Shown here: one piece after another, positions 12,607 through 25,512 of the stretch | Layout of the letters: each line of letters begins with the position of its first letter | Position numbering within the stretch: the stretch's first letter is position 1 | Assembly (NCBI GenBank): GCA_964016885.1 | Contig: OZ024751.1 | Location: 28,768,001 to 28,832,000, forward strand | Length of the DNA stretch: 64,000 nt | Origin: Eledone cirrhosa | Lineage: Eukaryota | Direction: 5' to 3' | The notes under the pieces: generated by a model | The model's input: only the letters and a program-made list of their open reading frames with translations | Database searches by the model: none | Told to the model about the DNA's origin: nothing | Program-made: the position numbers and the translations under genes

Positions 12607-13195
12607 TGCTAAATATGAAGTGATGGCTAAATATGTAGTTTTGGCTAAATGTGTTAGAATGGTCAAATGTGAAGTGATGGCTAAATATGTTACGATGGTT
12701 AAATGTGTAGTGATGGTTAAATATGTTATGTTGGTTAAATGTGAAGTGATGACTAAATATGTTACAATGGCCAAATGTGAAGTGATGACTAAATATGTTA
12801 CGATGGTCAAATGTGTAGTGATGGTTAAATATGTTATGTTGGTTAAATGTGAAGTGATGACTAAATATGTTACGATGGTCAAATGTGAAGTGATGACTAA
12901 ATATGTTACGATGGTCAAATGTGAAGTGATGACTAAATATGTTACAATGGTCAAATGTGTAGTGATGGTTAAATATGTTATGTTGGCTAAATGTGAAGTG
13001 ATGGCTAAATGTGTTATGATGGCTAAATATGTTACGATGACTAAATATGAAGTGATGACTAAATGTTTTATGATGGCTAAATGTGAAGTGATGATTAAAT
13101 ATGAAGTGATGGCTGAATATGCTGTGAAGGCTCACTAAATGTGTTGTGATGGTTAAATGTGAACTGATGGTTAAATGTGAAGTGGTGGCTAAACC
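12607..13195. repeat. 18-bp minisatellite with higher-order variant pattern
   Basis: About 32 in-register units, e.g. aaatgtgaagtgatgact, aaatatgttacgatggtc, aaatgtgtagtgatggtt and aaatatgttatgttggtt. Confidence 0.95.
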
Positions 13196-13589
13196 TAGTT
13201 TTTTTTTTCAGAAATTAAATCAACTCTGTCTCACTCACTCTCTCTCTCTCTCTCACTCACTCACTCACTCTCTCTCTCACTCACTCACTCTCACTCACTC
13301 TCTCTCTCTCTCACTCACTCACTCTCTCTCTCTCACTCACTCACTCTCTCTCAGTCACTCACTCTCTCTCTCACTCACTCTCTCTTCTCTAGACTACTGT
13401 TGATGTCTCCAGGTCGTTCTATATAAAATAACGAGGAATACTAATAATCGTGGCCACATAAATAAGGAAAGGTGGTGAGTGGTGGTGGTGGGGGGGGAGG
13501 GAGCCTATTTCTAGCAATATTTCAGATTTAGATGGGAGGGGGGGGGGGGGGGAATAATAGTACAATGAATAAATATATTATTAGTTTTA

Positions 13590-13643
13590 AGCTTGATATA
13601 GTAGGAAAAGAGTCTTGATGTTTCAGATGCTAGTCCTTCATCA
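13590..13643 (-). mobile_element. Degenerate H1 hammerhead-like Penelope remnant
   Basis: The minus strand reads TGATGAAGGACtagcATCTGAAACATCAAGAC, with all CpGs decayed relative to the 60450 copy. Confidence 0.5.
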
Positions 13644-13679
13644 TATAGATATGTTGTTATTTTACAGCTCACAGCTGTG

Positions 13680-13800
13680 CGGGTTTATATCAACCCAAGT
13701 ACTTGACTGGTACTTTATTCTAACAACCTCGGAAGGACGAGAAAGACAAAAGCTGACCTCAATGGGATTTTAACTCCTCAGAATATAAAGAGCTAGAACA
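13680..13800 (-). mobile_element. Degenerate family A SINE fragment
   Basis: ctggtactttatt...ggaaggacga...aaagctgacctc...gggattttaactc. Confidence 0.6.
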
Positions 13801-13855
13801 AGTAGTAGTAGTACTAATACTACTACTACTACTACTAATAATAATAATAATAATA

Positions 13856-13891
<36 letters not shown>

Positions 13892-14139
13892 GGGATTTCT
13901 TTTATTGGCCACAAGGGGACAAGATGTTAGGGATAATATAAAGACAATAACAACAACAACAACATAAAGTGAGGTTTCTATTGAGTAAGGCAGGGGATAT
14001 CAATGATAACGATAATGATGATAATGATGATGATGATGATGATAATGATAATGATGACAATGATTATAATAATGATGACGATGATGATGATTATGATGAT
14101 GATGATTATGATGATGATGATGATGGTGACGATGATTAT

Positions 14140-14217
14140 AATAATTGTTTCTACTTTTGGCACAAGGCCAGCAATTATCCCAGTGTGTTACTGGTACTTT
14201 ATTTGATCGACCCCGTA

Positions 14218-14225
<8 letters not shown>
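14140..14225 (-). mobile_element. Family A SINE 3' fragment running into (GAT)n
   Basis: ttgtttctacttttggcacaaggccagcaatt...cgaccccgtaaggatgatgatg. Confidence 0.8.
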
Positions 14226-14260
<35 letters not shown>

Positions 14261-14269
14261 CGATGATGG

Positions 14270-14307
<38 letters not shown>

Positions 14308-14844
14308 GTGACGATGACAATCTAGACCTTCAGAAAAAAATAAACTGTTCACTTCCATCCATTGATTGAAAAGACTCGCTATAGAATGGATTATTACACT
14401 AAATGCCAAAACTATTTAATTTTAATTATGAAGGAAACAATTGTTGGTGATTATCCTTTTATTATATTCTAATTCCAATGAATTGGTAATGTGTCGGTGG
14501 TGGTGGTGGAGAGGGTGAGGAGGAGAGGGGGGAGCAGGGAGAGATGAGGAGAAGGAAGAGGAGGAAGAGAAGAAGAGAGACATCATTGCCAGGGGAAATT
14601 TAAAAAAAAATCTTGAGATTCCAACAACGGCGTATTGTTAACACATGGAGAAAAATTGGTTCCCGAAAGAATAAAGAAATATCTTTGAAAAAGAAAAAAT
14701 AATAATAATAATAATAATAAATACAAGAATAAAATAAAATACTATTGAAAAATTTTTTTTTTTTTTTTTAAATATAAAAACCTAACTAAAACTAAATAAC
14801 AATGAATTATGATAAAATATTGCACCAAATTTACTACTACTATT

Positions 14845-14900
<56 letters not shown>

Positions 14901-15063
14901 CACTATTACTACTACTATTACAACTACTACTATTACTACTATTGCTATTGCTACTATTACTACTACTACTATTACCTATACTACTATTGCTACTGCTATT
15001 ATTACTACTACTACTACTGCTGCTGTTACTATTGCTACTAGTACTGCTGCTACTTCTATTACC

Positions 15064-15096
<33 letters not shown>

Positions 15097-15275
15097 CTCT
15101 GGTTATCTCTCTTCTGTTGCATCGAACAGTAGAAACCATACCAAAGCTGGAATTTATATAAATGGAATGTGGCTTCAGGTGTGTTTGTGAGGAAACTGGC
15201 TATGGATTAAGTATTGACTTGACCTGTGGGATAACCCGGCCAAGCCATGCCACCATGAAAGAGTGGACAATAATG

Positions 15276-15690
15276 ATGGTAATAATGTTTCTACTATAGA
15301 CACAAGGCCAACAATTTGGAGGAAAGGGAAAGTCAATTAAATCAACCCCAGTACATTACTGGTACTTTATTTTATCGACCCCGTAAGGATGAAAAGCAAA
15401 GTTAATCTCGGCAGGATTTAACCTCAGACCATAAAGAGCCGTAACTCTATGCTGCACAGCATGGTATCTGATGCTCTACCATTCTGCCAATCCACTGCTC
15501 TAATGATGATGATAATAATTGTCTCTACTTTTGGCACAATACCAGCAATTACCCCAGTACATTACTAATGCTTTATTTTATCGACTCCATAAGGGTGAAA
15601 GGCAAAGCTAACCTCGGCGGGATTTGAACTCAGAACGTAAAGAGCCATAATTCTATGCTGCAAAGCATGGTGTCTGATGCTCTGCCGATA
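15276..15690 (-). mobile_element. Two tandem family A tRNA-derived SINEs
   Basis: Both carry the shared core ctttattttatcgac...aaagg/gcaaag...ctcggc, the reverse-complement B box (gggatttgaactc) and an (AAT)n tail. Confidence 0.85.
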
Positions 15691-17264
15691 GTGAATGGGG
15701 AATCTGTGACGGTCATTCATTTCTCAAGGGTATTTTAGGGACACTAATGACATGAAACATCCAAAATTAGGTATGAAATCCTTGTATCATAGAAAAAAGT
15801 AATTTCACCAGAAATTATCTTAACATCAATATCATACCTAAATACCACTCACCTTATATAAGTAAAATATAAATTAATGAAGCCTAATTATCACAGATAA
15901 TTACTTGATTAGTAATAAAAAGGAAGGATATAAGAATACAACTGAAACAAAGAAATAGAAATATAATCATTTTGTTTTAAATAATTGGCATAATTTTTCT
16001 CAATATTTGTACCACAACAAGAAGTGTTTAAAGGCCATTTTCTCTGCTAATTCTTGCAGCCAGCACGATAAGTTTCATACACATCAACAAATGACAAAGA
16101 TTTTAAGGCCATTCCCTGACAAACTATCACAAAAGTAGGGGTTAGCATTGTGGATCCTATGACATGGAGTCCTTTTTTTGTGCAAGGTAATAATTTACAG
16201 CCAGAAACCCTTCACGGCGCAAAACCTTTTGAGTTCTCTCTTTCGACACGCAGGGATCCTTTTCTTCCTCCTCCTTCCCCACTTCATCATCATCATCGTC
16301 TTTATATCCATGACATGAGTTGGACAAGATGGTTTGAGATAATGTTTTACAACCAGATGTCCTTCCTGATACCAACCCCAGAAGTAAAAACTCTCAGGAA
16401 AGCTGAACAGTAGAAGATCTTCAGAGAAGAAACTCTCTTCAAGCAAGTGTTTCGGCTCTCCTACAACATGCAGGAATACATTATACATCTATCTATTCTA
16501 AACTAGACATATAACCATCATTACTTAATTTTATTTCTATATATATTAGTTTTAAAAATTCAGGCAAATATAACATGATGTAATAAGACAAATTCTATTT
16601 CTATCCATTTCTTTAGTGTGTTTGTTGGTTTATCTCACATTTCACAGTCAATTGCTGCCAACTTACAAAAGAAAATCTACCCAAACAATTCATGCAAGTA
16701 AGTAAATGTTTCATAACCATCCAATTTCATGTACAAAAACCATTCGGAAAACAAAAATTATTCAAATGGAAAAAAAAAAAAAAAAAATCCCATCCACCCC
16801 CGCCCCCCCACAAAAAAAAATACTCAAAGAAAAAATATTTTAAAAAGGGGGAAAGAAAATATTGAAACAAAATAATTTCTAAGCTATTAAATATTCCCTT
16901 GAACTTTCTAAGCTATCAGGAAAGTCCGTAAGAAGTTGCTTTGTGGGGGGAGGGGGGGGGGGGGGGGGAGAAACGGCAAAAGTTTTATGAGACTGCCTAA
17001 TAATTCTAAATAAATTAAAACTTCGGTTCATATCAAAGAACGGTAAAGATTATTATAATATACGTTATCAGTAAATTTCCTATGAAAATATTTATACAAC
17101 AAAAACCACACATTTTAGTTTCCCTGTGAAGAAAGAAAGAATCTTATCGGAATGGTACACAATTTCTAGCAGACTAAATGGAAAAGTCACTGGAGAAATA
17201 AAACGACTTTGTAGTCTTTCTAATACACCGAGACCAAGTATATATACATTTAAGTATGTATATT

Positions 17265-17324
<60 letters not shown>

Positions 17325-17588
17325 GGTGTGATTGTGTGTGTGTATTTATACATATATATATATATATGTGTGTGTATATATATAATGTATGTATGCACAG
17401 ATATATATACATATATATACATATGAATATATATATATGTATATATATATATGAGAAGGACAGACAGAAACGTGCACTAAACCACCAACAGGTTGTTTTT
17501 AGGAACAAAACTCAACTTGTACAGAAAAAGGTTCTCAAGCTCTCCAAAACTAGTGAACAACAACAACAACAATAATGATAACAATAAC

Positions 17589-17635
<47 letters not shown>

Positions 17636-18045
17636 TAGTAATAGTAATGATTATAGCAACAACAATAATAACAACAATAACCATGCATTAGATTGATAAT
17701 TTACTACACAATAAATCATACCTAAAACAAATAGGTAAGTGGGTAGGTAGATAGGTAGACAGGTAACTAGATTCACAAAGGCTAGACTAACTAACAGAGG
17801 TATGATACAGAAACAGGGTTTGTGTTGAATGGAAGACTTTAGGAAGACGTTGAGGAGGACAAATAAGGCAGGAATTTAGAGGGCTGTTTTTCAGGGAGGA
17901 AGTGAGAAGACAAGATGGAGTGAGTGGATACGAGGAATAAAAGGGACAAAGGAAGATAATCTAATATCTAAATTTGAGAGAGAGGTTGATGCTAACATAC
18001 AAGAAGAAACTCTTTAGATCAACAAAACACTAGCAGACTTCCTAC

Positions 18046-18120
18046 CTAATAGGCTGACCGAATCCTCGCAATGTGTAGTAGTCTCCCCCTGATCTGTTTG
18101 ATTGTATCCACTGAAACCTA
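18046..18120 (-). other. Candidate 75-nt internal exon of an unidentified host gene
   Basis: Minus-strand acceptor ctctttgtaattacag and donor TTAG|gtagga; length is a multiple of 3; two open frames (GFSGYNQTDQGETTTHCEDSVSLL or RFQWIQSNRSGGDYYTLRGFGQPI); non-repetitive and GC-richer than the flanks. I do not recognise the protein. Confidence 0.35.
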
Positions 18121-18139
18121 CTGTAATTACAAAGAGTGA

Positions 18140-18221
18140 AAAGGGTCATAGTGAAAACATCACACAGAAAACACAAACTAAAGGGTCATACTGAAAACAT
18201 CACAGAGAAAACACAAACTAA
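18140..18221. repeat. 40-bp direct tandem duplication
   Basis: aaagggtcata(g/c)tgaaaacatcaca(c/g)agaaaacacaaact occurs twice. Confidence 0.9.
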
Positions 18222-18300
18222 ATATTCCTTCCATTTAAAAAGAAATTCCATCTCTTTTTTTTTTTATTTTATTATTTTCCACAAGTAAAACTGAGTTTAA

Positions 18301-18520
18301 ACCTTTAGCATTTAAACTGGCTGTATCTGGCCAGAATTATCTCACTCCTTTCTGTTCAAACTGGCCGTAACTAGCCACTCATATTGATGTTAAGATATTG
18401 TTCTCAAAATAAATAATATCAAAATCTCATAGATTCGATATTATGAGAGATATTATGTAAGATAAGGCCTTTACCACGAAAATACAATAGTAAATATTAA
18501 GTAATGTAAATGCTAAAGCA
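18301..18520 (+). mobile_element. piggyBac-like MITE family 1
   Basis: TTAA (18297-18300) acctttagcattta ... taaatgctaaagca TTAA (18521-18524). Confidence 0.8.
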
Positions 18521-18729
18521 TTAAAGGAAAACAAAACCACACACACACACACACACACAGACAGACATACAAACACAGACACACACGCACACAAGCAAAT
18601 TTTAAAATGAAATAACTTTAGGAGATAATTCTTGTACAGACCCTCAAAATCAAACTTAATTTACTGTTATTGTTATCATTTATCAATATTTTGAGTCGAT
18701 GTAATGAATATTTCTTCAAGATGTGACCT

Positions 18730-19358
18730 CAATACTTTTGATACCAAACTGCCTCAAACTGCCCCTTTGATCCATGATACAGAACTGCTAGTTCTAAAAT
18801 GTTTATATATATATATATATAAACTCCCCCATCATAATTTCATGTGAGTTCCTTTGTTAAGTTATGCTCCAGACACCAACTTAATGAGTTAGTTATACTA
18901 CTAAGTGTTTCCAAATTCTAGATTATTTTCAAAATGATTTGAAAATCATAGATTGTACGTAAGTGAGCTGCAAACTCACAACCCTCAACCCCCAGCCCAG
19001 CTGGGGGGTCAGTAGCCCTTCTTCAGTACTCACTTGGTCTATGTAGACTGGTTCAACCCTTGCTAGCAGGGAAAGCAGACATTAAACAATGATGATGAGT
19101 GTTGTTTATTAGAATTATGGTAATGAAAGAATCAAAGTGTCTATATTCATCTAAAAATCTTACATCATAATTCTCTATAAGAAGTTATGTTAAGTTATGC
19201 TCCAAATATCAACTTAATTATTAGAAAGGTAGTTATATTACTAAGTCTTTCATAATTCATGAGGTTTTTTTTGTGTTTTTTTGTTGTTTCTTTTTAAATT
19301 ATTATTTGAAAATCACAGGCAGTGTGTTTCATTAGAAATATGGTAATGAAAGAGTTAA
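18730..19358 (-). mobile_element. piggyBac-like MITE family 2 copies interrupted by a SINE 3' fragment (about 18955-19098)
   Basis: Starts cttttgataccaaactgcc and ends ggtaatgaaaagagTTAA; the insert ends cccttgctagcagggaaagcagacattaaacaatgatgatg. Confidence 0.65.
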
Positions 19359-19944
19359 CAGACAGCCTGAAGACACACATGAATATCTTGGGCTGATATG
19401 ATGCATAGTTTCTTCAAGACTTTGCCCTTAACACACTGCCAGAAGACAAACTGTTTAACTGTTCTAATGACCCACATTGAATCACTGCCTAATATCATTT
19501 CACGTTTGAATAAACCGTAGGTGAGTTATATGGAGAGATATAATCCCTTGGTAACATGATTAGAGAAGCTAAATAGCCAAGGGGATAAAGTTGTTGAGTA
19601 TTATCAATTCATAAAGAAATAGTTGCTGTTGTTGTTATTGTTGTTTAGCCCTAGGTTAACGTTGCTCAAACATTTCATTCCAATTATGATCATTCTGGTG
19701 CTTTTTTCTTTGTTTGTTTTTCTCACAGGGGTACCTATGAATACATTATTTAATGTGTCCTTTGCTTGTTTAACTTTTCATGGCCATTGTTTCTAATGAA
19801 ATACACTATGTTTTAATTAATTAACAAAGTATAGGGGGAGCTTAACTAAAATTATTATTTCATTATTATGATGATATGAAGGTAGTTTATCAGCAGAATC
19901 ATTAGTTTGTCAGATAAAATAAATTAGGATCTTTTGTTAGAGCC

Positions 19945-20098
19945 CTCTATATTTTGGCTTCACATCCCACTGAGGTCAACTTTGTCTTTCATCAGTCCAG
20001 AGTACATAAAATAAAGTACCAATGAAGCACTGGGGTTGATATAATTGACTTTCCCTTTCCCCAAAAATTGCTGGCCTTGTGCCTAAATTAAACCAGTA
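19945..20098 (+). mobile_element. Degenerate family A SINE
   Basis: gaggtcaactttgtctttcatc...ataaaataaagtacc...aaattgctggccttgtgcctaaa. Confidence 0.75.
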
Positions 20099-20100
20099 TT

Positions 20101-20443
20101 CATCATCATCTGGGCATGCATATTGCATGGATTGCCATGACTTGTTCTCTCCAGTCTGTTCAGTCTGCCATTGCTCGTGGTAGGTCTTCTCGGGTGCACT
20201 CATGATCCTTGCACACTTGCTTTAATTAGGTTTGATGTGATCTGCCTACATTTACATACCATGCTTCGGTTCCCAAACAAGGACATCACTAATGATCTCA
20301 TCCTTTGCTCTCCAGCAATGTCCGGTGAATCTTGTTCTTCTTTCTTTGGTGACATGTGATATTGGTTATAAATTATCATAGAGAACCTCTTTTGTTGGCT
20401 GTTATCTCCAGATGTCCAGAGCAGCTCGAAGCATTCTTGTATA
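20101..20443 (-). mobile_element. RTE-group LINE 3' end (Proto2-like), degenerate
   Basis: The minus strand translates YTRMLRAALDIWR*QPTKEVLYDNL*PISHVTKERRTRFTGHCWRAKDEIISDVLVWEPKHG...EDLPRAMAD*TDWREQV, followed by a (GAT)n tail. The clade assignment is from motif recall only. Confidence 0.82.
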
Positions 20444-21033
20444 AGAATTATTAAGATAGCATTTGTATAAGAATCATTAAGATAGCATTTGTAACATTAC
20501 AAAAGAGTTTTACATCAAATTATGTTGGAAGATTTTAATTTAAATGTGTGGTTCTGATAGAGCCAGAGGCAATTTTAGGAAAGTTGGTATCAAAAGTGCT
20601 AAGAGGGTAGGCTGATGTGATTTGATAAAGATTTGGCTGCTGTTATATAGCAATAGGTCGAATCCATAGAAACAACCTGTGTGAAGCGATGTGAACAACA
20701 AAGCAGCAGGTGTGTTTCTAGTCAATTAAAACTGCTTCTCACTTTCAACTGGTGATTAGTATAAGTTTACTTTTGTTACTATACACCCAGGGAACAGCAT
20801 GAATACTACAACACTCTCTTCCCTTCATAAGTTGCACCTTAGAGAGGAGAGAAACTTTACAGGTGTAAATTCTATTGCCCCTATCCGCTCCAATCCCTTT
20901 TAACATATAAAAGTCCTAGAACATCTTGTTTAATTTGATAGAGACATAGCAACCACATTCTCACATTTCCTAAACACATACAATCCTACCAAAAATTCTT
21001 TATAGGATCATGACCTCACCAGTCTCAAAGAGC

Positions 21034-21385
21034 CAGCAAAGGCCCTGGGCACTGTCCCTTCCTCAAGACATAGCAAGTAACTGCCACTTGCTCAGAGAGA
21101 GACTTTATTTTGGAAAGCACAGTAAAAGTATGTTAACAAAAGATTTTGCAATTTGGTGTTCATGGGATTGAATTAAAAGCTAGGAAGGTCTGCAAAGGCC
21201 ATGAGCACTGCGCCTTCCTCCGAGATCCAACAAATAACAAACCAGTTGTTGTACAAGAGAACTTTATTTTGGAAAAGTAACGTAAGTTAAGTTAACAAAA
21301 GATTTAGAAATCCAGTGTTCACAGCGGCATTGTTTGAGTAAAAGTTAAATAGGCAGATAAAAGCAGGAAAGGCCTGGAGCAACAA
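21034..21385. repeat. Diverged ~177-bp tandem duplication
   Basis: gcaaaggcc..g.gcactg..ccttcctc...actttattttggaaa...gttaacaaaagattt occurs twice, with a third start (gaaaggcctggagca) near 21367. Confidence 0.75.
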
Positions 21386-21756
21386 CTAATAAAGAATTTA
21401 TTCATACCATGACAATTATATAGAATTTCATGAACTCCTTGGAGAGAGTGAGACAGAGAAATAGAGAGAGATAGGTGGGATGAAAGAGAGAGAGATAGGG
21501 GGAGATGAAAGAGAGAGAGATAGGGGGAGATGAAAGGGAGAGAAAGAGAGAGATAGTGGGTGATGAAAAAAAAACTAAAATAAACAAATCAAAGTGAATA
21601 GAGTAGAGTTTTGTACAAGGTTCCTTACTATTTCCATTACAAAAGGTCTTTAATTGAAAAAAATGGTCTGAATTGTAGTGAAATCAGAATATATTGAAAG
21701 GCAACTGTGATTTTAAAAATATAACATAACTACTTGAAACATCATTGGGAAAACAA

Positions 21757-21757
21757 C

Positions 21758-21841
<84 letters not shown>

Positions 21842-21843
21842 AA
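21757..21843. repeat. (AAAG)n microsatellite
   Basis: About 21 perfect units. Confidence 0.97.
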
Positions 21844-22023
21844 TTAAAGAAATAAATCATTTAAGGAAAAAAAACTTTTTTTAATGAAACCAAAACTAAA
21901 TGAATACAAAAATAAAGATATTTAAAGAAAAATATTAAAAAAATTAAAACTAGTTTTCAGGAAATGAAAGAAAATATTTAAATAAAATTAAAGACACTCC
22001 AAGGCTTATTGGGAATAATAGAA

Positions 22024-22141
<118 letters not shown>

Positions 22142-22287
22142 ACTAACATATATATCCCACCCTTGCAAGCAGGGAAAAGCGGACGTAAGATGATGATGAT
22201 GATGATATATATATAAAGTTTAAATTAACAACTTTTCACCTAAGAAGGAAAGCAGGTACAAGGTAAGATGAAGAGAAACAAACATGA

Positions 22288-22487
22288 AATAATAATAATA
22301 ATTGTTTCTACTTTTGGCACAAGGCCAGCAATTACCCAGTGCATTACTGGTACTTTATTTTATCGACCCTGTAAGGATGAAAGGCAAAGTCAACCTCGGC
22401 GGGATTTGAACTCAGATCGTAAAGGGACGTAACTATGCTGGAAAGCATGGCGTCCGACCCTCTACCGATACTGCTAATTCACTGCCC
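22288..22487 (-). mobile_element. Full-length family A tRNA-derived SINE (Meta-domain-like core)
   Basis: Minus strand: tagcagtatcgg (A box), gagttcaaatccc (B box), gactttgcctttcatcc...gtcgataaaataaagtaccag core and (ATT)n tail. Confidence 0.9.
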
Positions 22488-23013
22488 TTATCTAATAATA
22501 ATAATAATTGTTTCTACTTTTAGGCACAAGGCCAGCAATTTTGGGGGAGGGGAAAGGCATGTATATATTTATACATATATGTGTTATATATATATATGCA
22601 CACACACAGATAGGTAGATGGATGTGTGTATATATAATTAGTTACAACAGTGACATATATAGGTACTTAAGTTTCGTTGGGTTATCCACCCCGACTCATT
22701 CAGTCTGTTATATAAAGAAAAAGGGTGGCCAATACCTAGGCTAAATGTAACTTCTTTTGGAAAAAAATATATGAGAGCTCTTACATATATATATATTTAT
22801 ATATATATATATATACATATGCACACACACACACAGATAGATAGATAGATGTGTGTGCATGCATGTATATCTATAATATATACTCACAAACACACACACA
22901 TGGAATACAAGTAAAAAAAAAATAACATGTTCCATGAGAGTACTGAAAACAAACCTCAAGGGAATTAGATTCACAAGATGTTAACACTTTAAACAATACA
23001 TTTGGAAAGTAAT

Positions 23014-23120
<107 letters not shown>

Positions 23121-23744
23121 ATATATATATAAAGATGTAAAGAGAGTTAGATATATACATATATAGACAAAAAAGTTAAGAGATACTGAGAAGGATATAT
23201 AAATAGACAGAAAGAGGGAAAGGAGGAGAGGGAGATGGGGAGAGGTAGCGAGAGAGATAGAGAGAGTGTGATATATAGATAGACATAAACGTAAAGAGAT
23301 AGAGAGAGAGAGAGAAAGACAGAAAGACAGAGAGAGAGTTAAATGGTAATAGGTAGAATAAAGTCACAAACTAATTTATAAATAAATAAAATTCAAGTTT
23401 TTTTTTTTCTTTCCTTTCCTTGTTTCATTGTTTCACATCTTTAGATGTAGTTATCAATGGAATGGTTTCATTATCATAATTATTATTATTATTATTGGAT
23501 GGGGTGGGGGTAGTGGGACGGGGATTGATGAGGTTCCTGTCCCCACCTATTGGGGGAATCTTTACTGTTATATTTACCTTATCTTCGCATTTTACTGAAT
23601 ATTTGTACCCCCCACCTCACTGTCCCTGTCTATTGTATTGTCTTCTATATGTCAGTCCTTGTGGCCAATAAATAAACAATTATTATTGTTGTTTGTTTGA
23701 GCATTTTTACAGTACTTTGGTGAAATTCTTCCATCCTCATTCAA

Positions 23745-23787
<43 letters not shown>

Positions 23788-23849
23788 GTTTAACGTCTAT
23801 TTTCCACATTACCATGTGTTGTCAACCAAATACCATCCTGGTACCTTAA

Positions 23850-24068
23850 CCCTTTAGCATTTACAATTACCTATAGATACTATTATATTTTCTATTATAT
23901 TTTACGGTAAAGGCTTTATCTCACATAATATCAAATCTATGAGATTTTGATGATATTCATTTTGAGAACAATACCTTAACATCAGTATGAGTGGCCAGTT
24001 ATGGCCGGTTTGAACAGAAAGAGCTGAGAGAATTCTGACCGGATACGACCAGTTTAAATGCTAAAGAG
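23850..24068 (-). mobile_element. piggyBac-like MITE family 1
   Basis: TTAA|CCCTTTAGCATTTA ... TAAATGCTAAAGAG; the interior is the reverse complement of the 2510 and 18301 copies. Confidence 0.8.
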
Positions 24069-24974
24069 TAAAACAGATAAAAAAATAAATAAATAACAAA
24101 CAAATGTCAAAACCCCACTTATTCTGGCCCTGAGAGCCAACTGACAGTAAAACAAAGAAAGTTTTTATCTTTTGGTCAAGTACTGGAGATATTATAAACC
24201 AGAGCAGTGAAAAAGGTGAAACAAGAATTAAGTGTAATAGCCATTACTAAGTTGACAGTAAATTATATGTTACAGGTGAACTTAACAAGTTAGCAGGTGG
24301 AGTAATCAAATGAAAACAGGTGGTATACTAATAGTTGGCAATCACCTTAATTAAGTAATTATTGCTTTGAGAAAAAAAAAATTATATATATATATATATA
24401 TATATACATATACACATGCACACAAATATATATAGAGGATGATTACACATATGTGTGTGTGTGTATGTGTCTGATGATTTGTTTGTGTTTATGTATGCAT
24501 GTGAATGTGTATGTGTCAGTGGTTGTGCATGTGTACTTATATGTATGTGTATTTATATATATGTGTGTATATGTATGGGCATTAAAAATATTAAAATGTG
24601 ATAAACCACTCCCACTTCACTTAGGTTGTGATAACTTAAAGCTGCTTTATATTACCTATTTATTTGTTTCTGTGTGTGTTTTTTGTTTTGTTTGTTACAC
24701 ATACATATAGAAAGAAATGACCGCATATACATATATATATATATATGTGTATATGTGTATACACGTGTGTAGGCAAGTATGGAAAGATGGACCATAAAAT
24801 TATGATCATGATGATATATATGCATATATATGTATGCGTGTGAGTGCATATATATATATACTCAGATACATGGGTGTATATGGACTCACTGTGTATGTGC
24901 GTGTGTGTATATGCAAGCACGGAAACAAGGACGAAAAATGATGATTATGATGATGATATATATGTGTGTGTTTG

Positions 24975-25008
<34 letters not shown>

Positions 25009-25330
25009 CACTCAAATACATCATCATCATAGGTATAAACTCTGTATGTGTGTGTAAGTATGCAAGCATGGCAACAAGGCCATAAAATGATAATTTTGAT
25101 GATGTTAAACACATAAGTGTATGTGCATATAATATATATATATATATACACACTCAAATACATAGGTGTATATGAACTGTGTGTGTGTGTTAGGAATTAA
25201 GTAAAGATTAATATTTATTATATTTGCTGTTTAGGCAATGTCTTCACAGCATGAAAAGGTCACTAAAATTAAATTTATGCTGACACAGAAATAGTTGTTT
25301 TATATTTCTTAGTTTCATTATTTTATAAAA

Positions 25331-25512
25331 GGGCAGTATCGGTAGAGGGTCGGACGCCATGCTTTGCAACAAAGAGTTACGGTCCTTTATGGTCTGAGTT
25401 CAAATCCCGCCGAGGTTAATTTTGCCTTTCATCCTTACGGGGTCAATAAAATAAAGTACCAGTAATGCACTGGGTAATTGCTGGCCTTGTGCCTAAAGTA
25501 GAAACAATTATT
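25331..25512 (+). mobile_element. Family A SINE
   Basis: ggcagtatcggtagag...gagttcaaatcccgccgagg...ggccttgtgcctaaagtagaaacaatt. Confidence 0.9.

Noticed and set aside
16010-16490. Possible LINE remnant or exon in a non-repetitive stretch
   Set aside because: I found no convincing motif in any frame and no matched splice pair; the middle part is a SINE tail.
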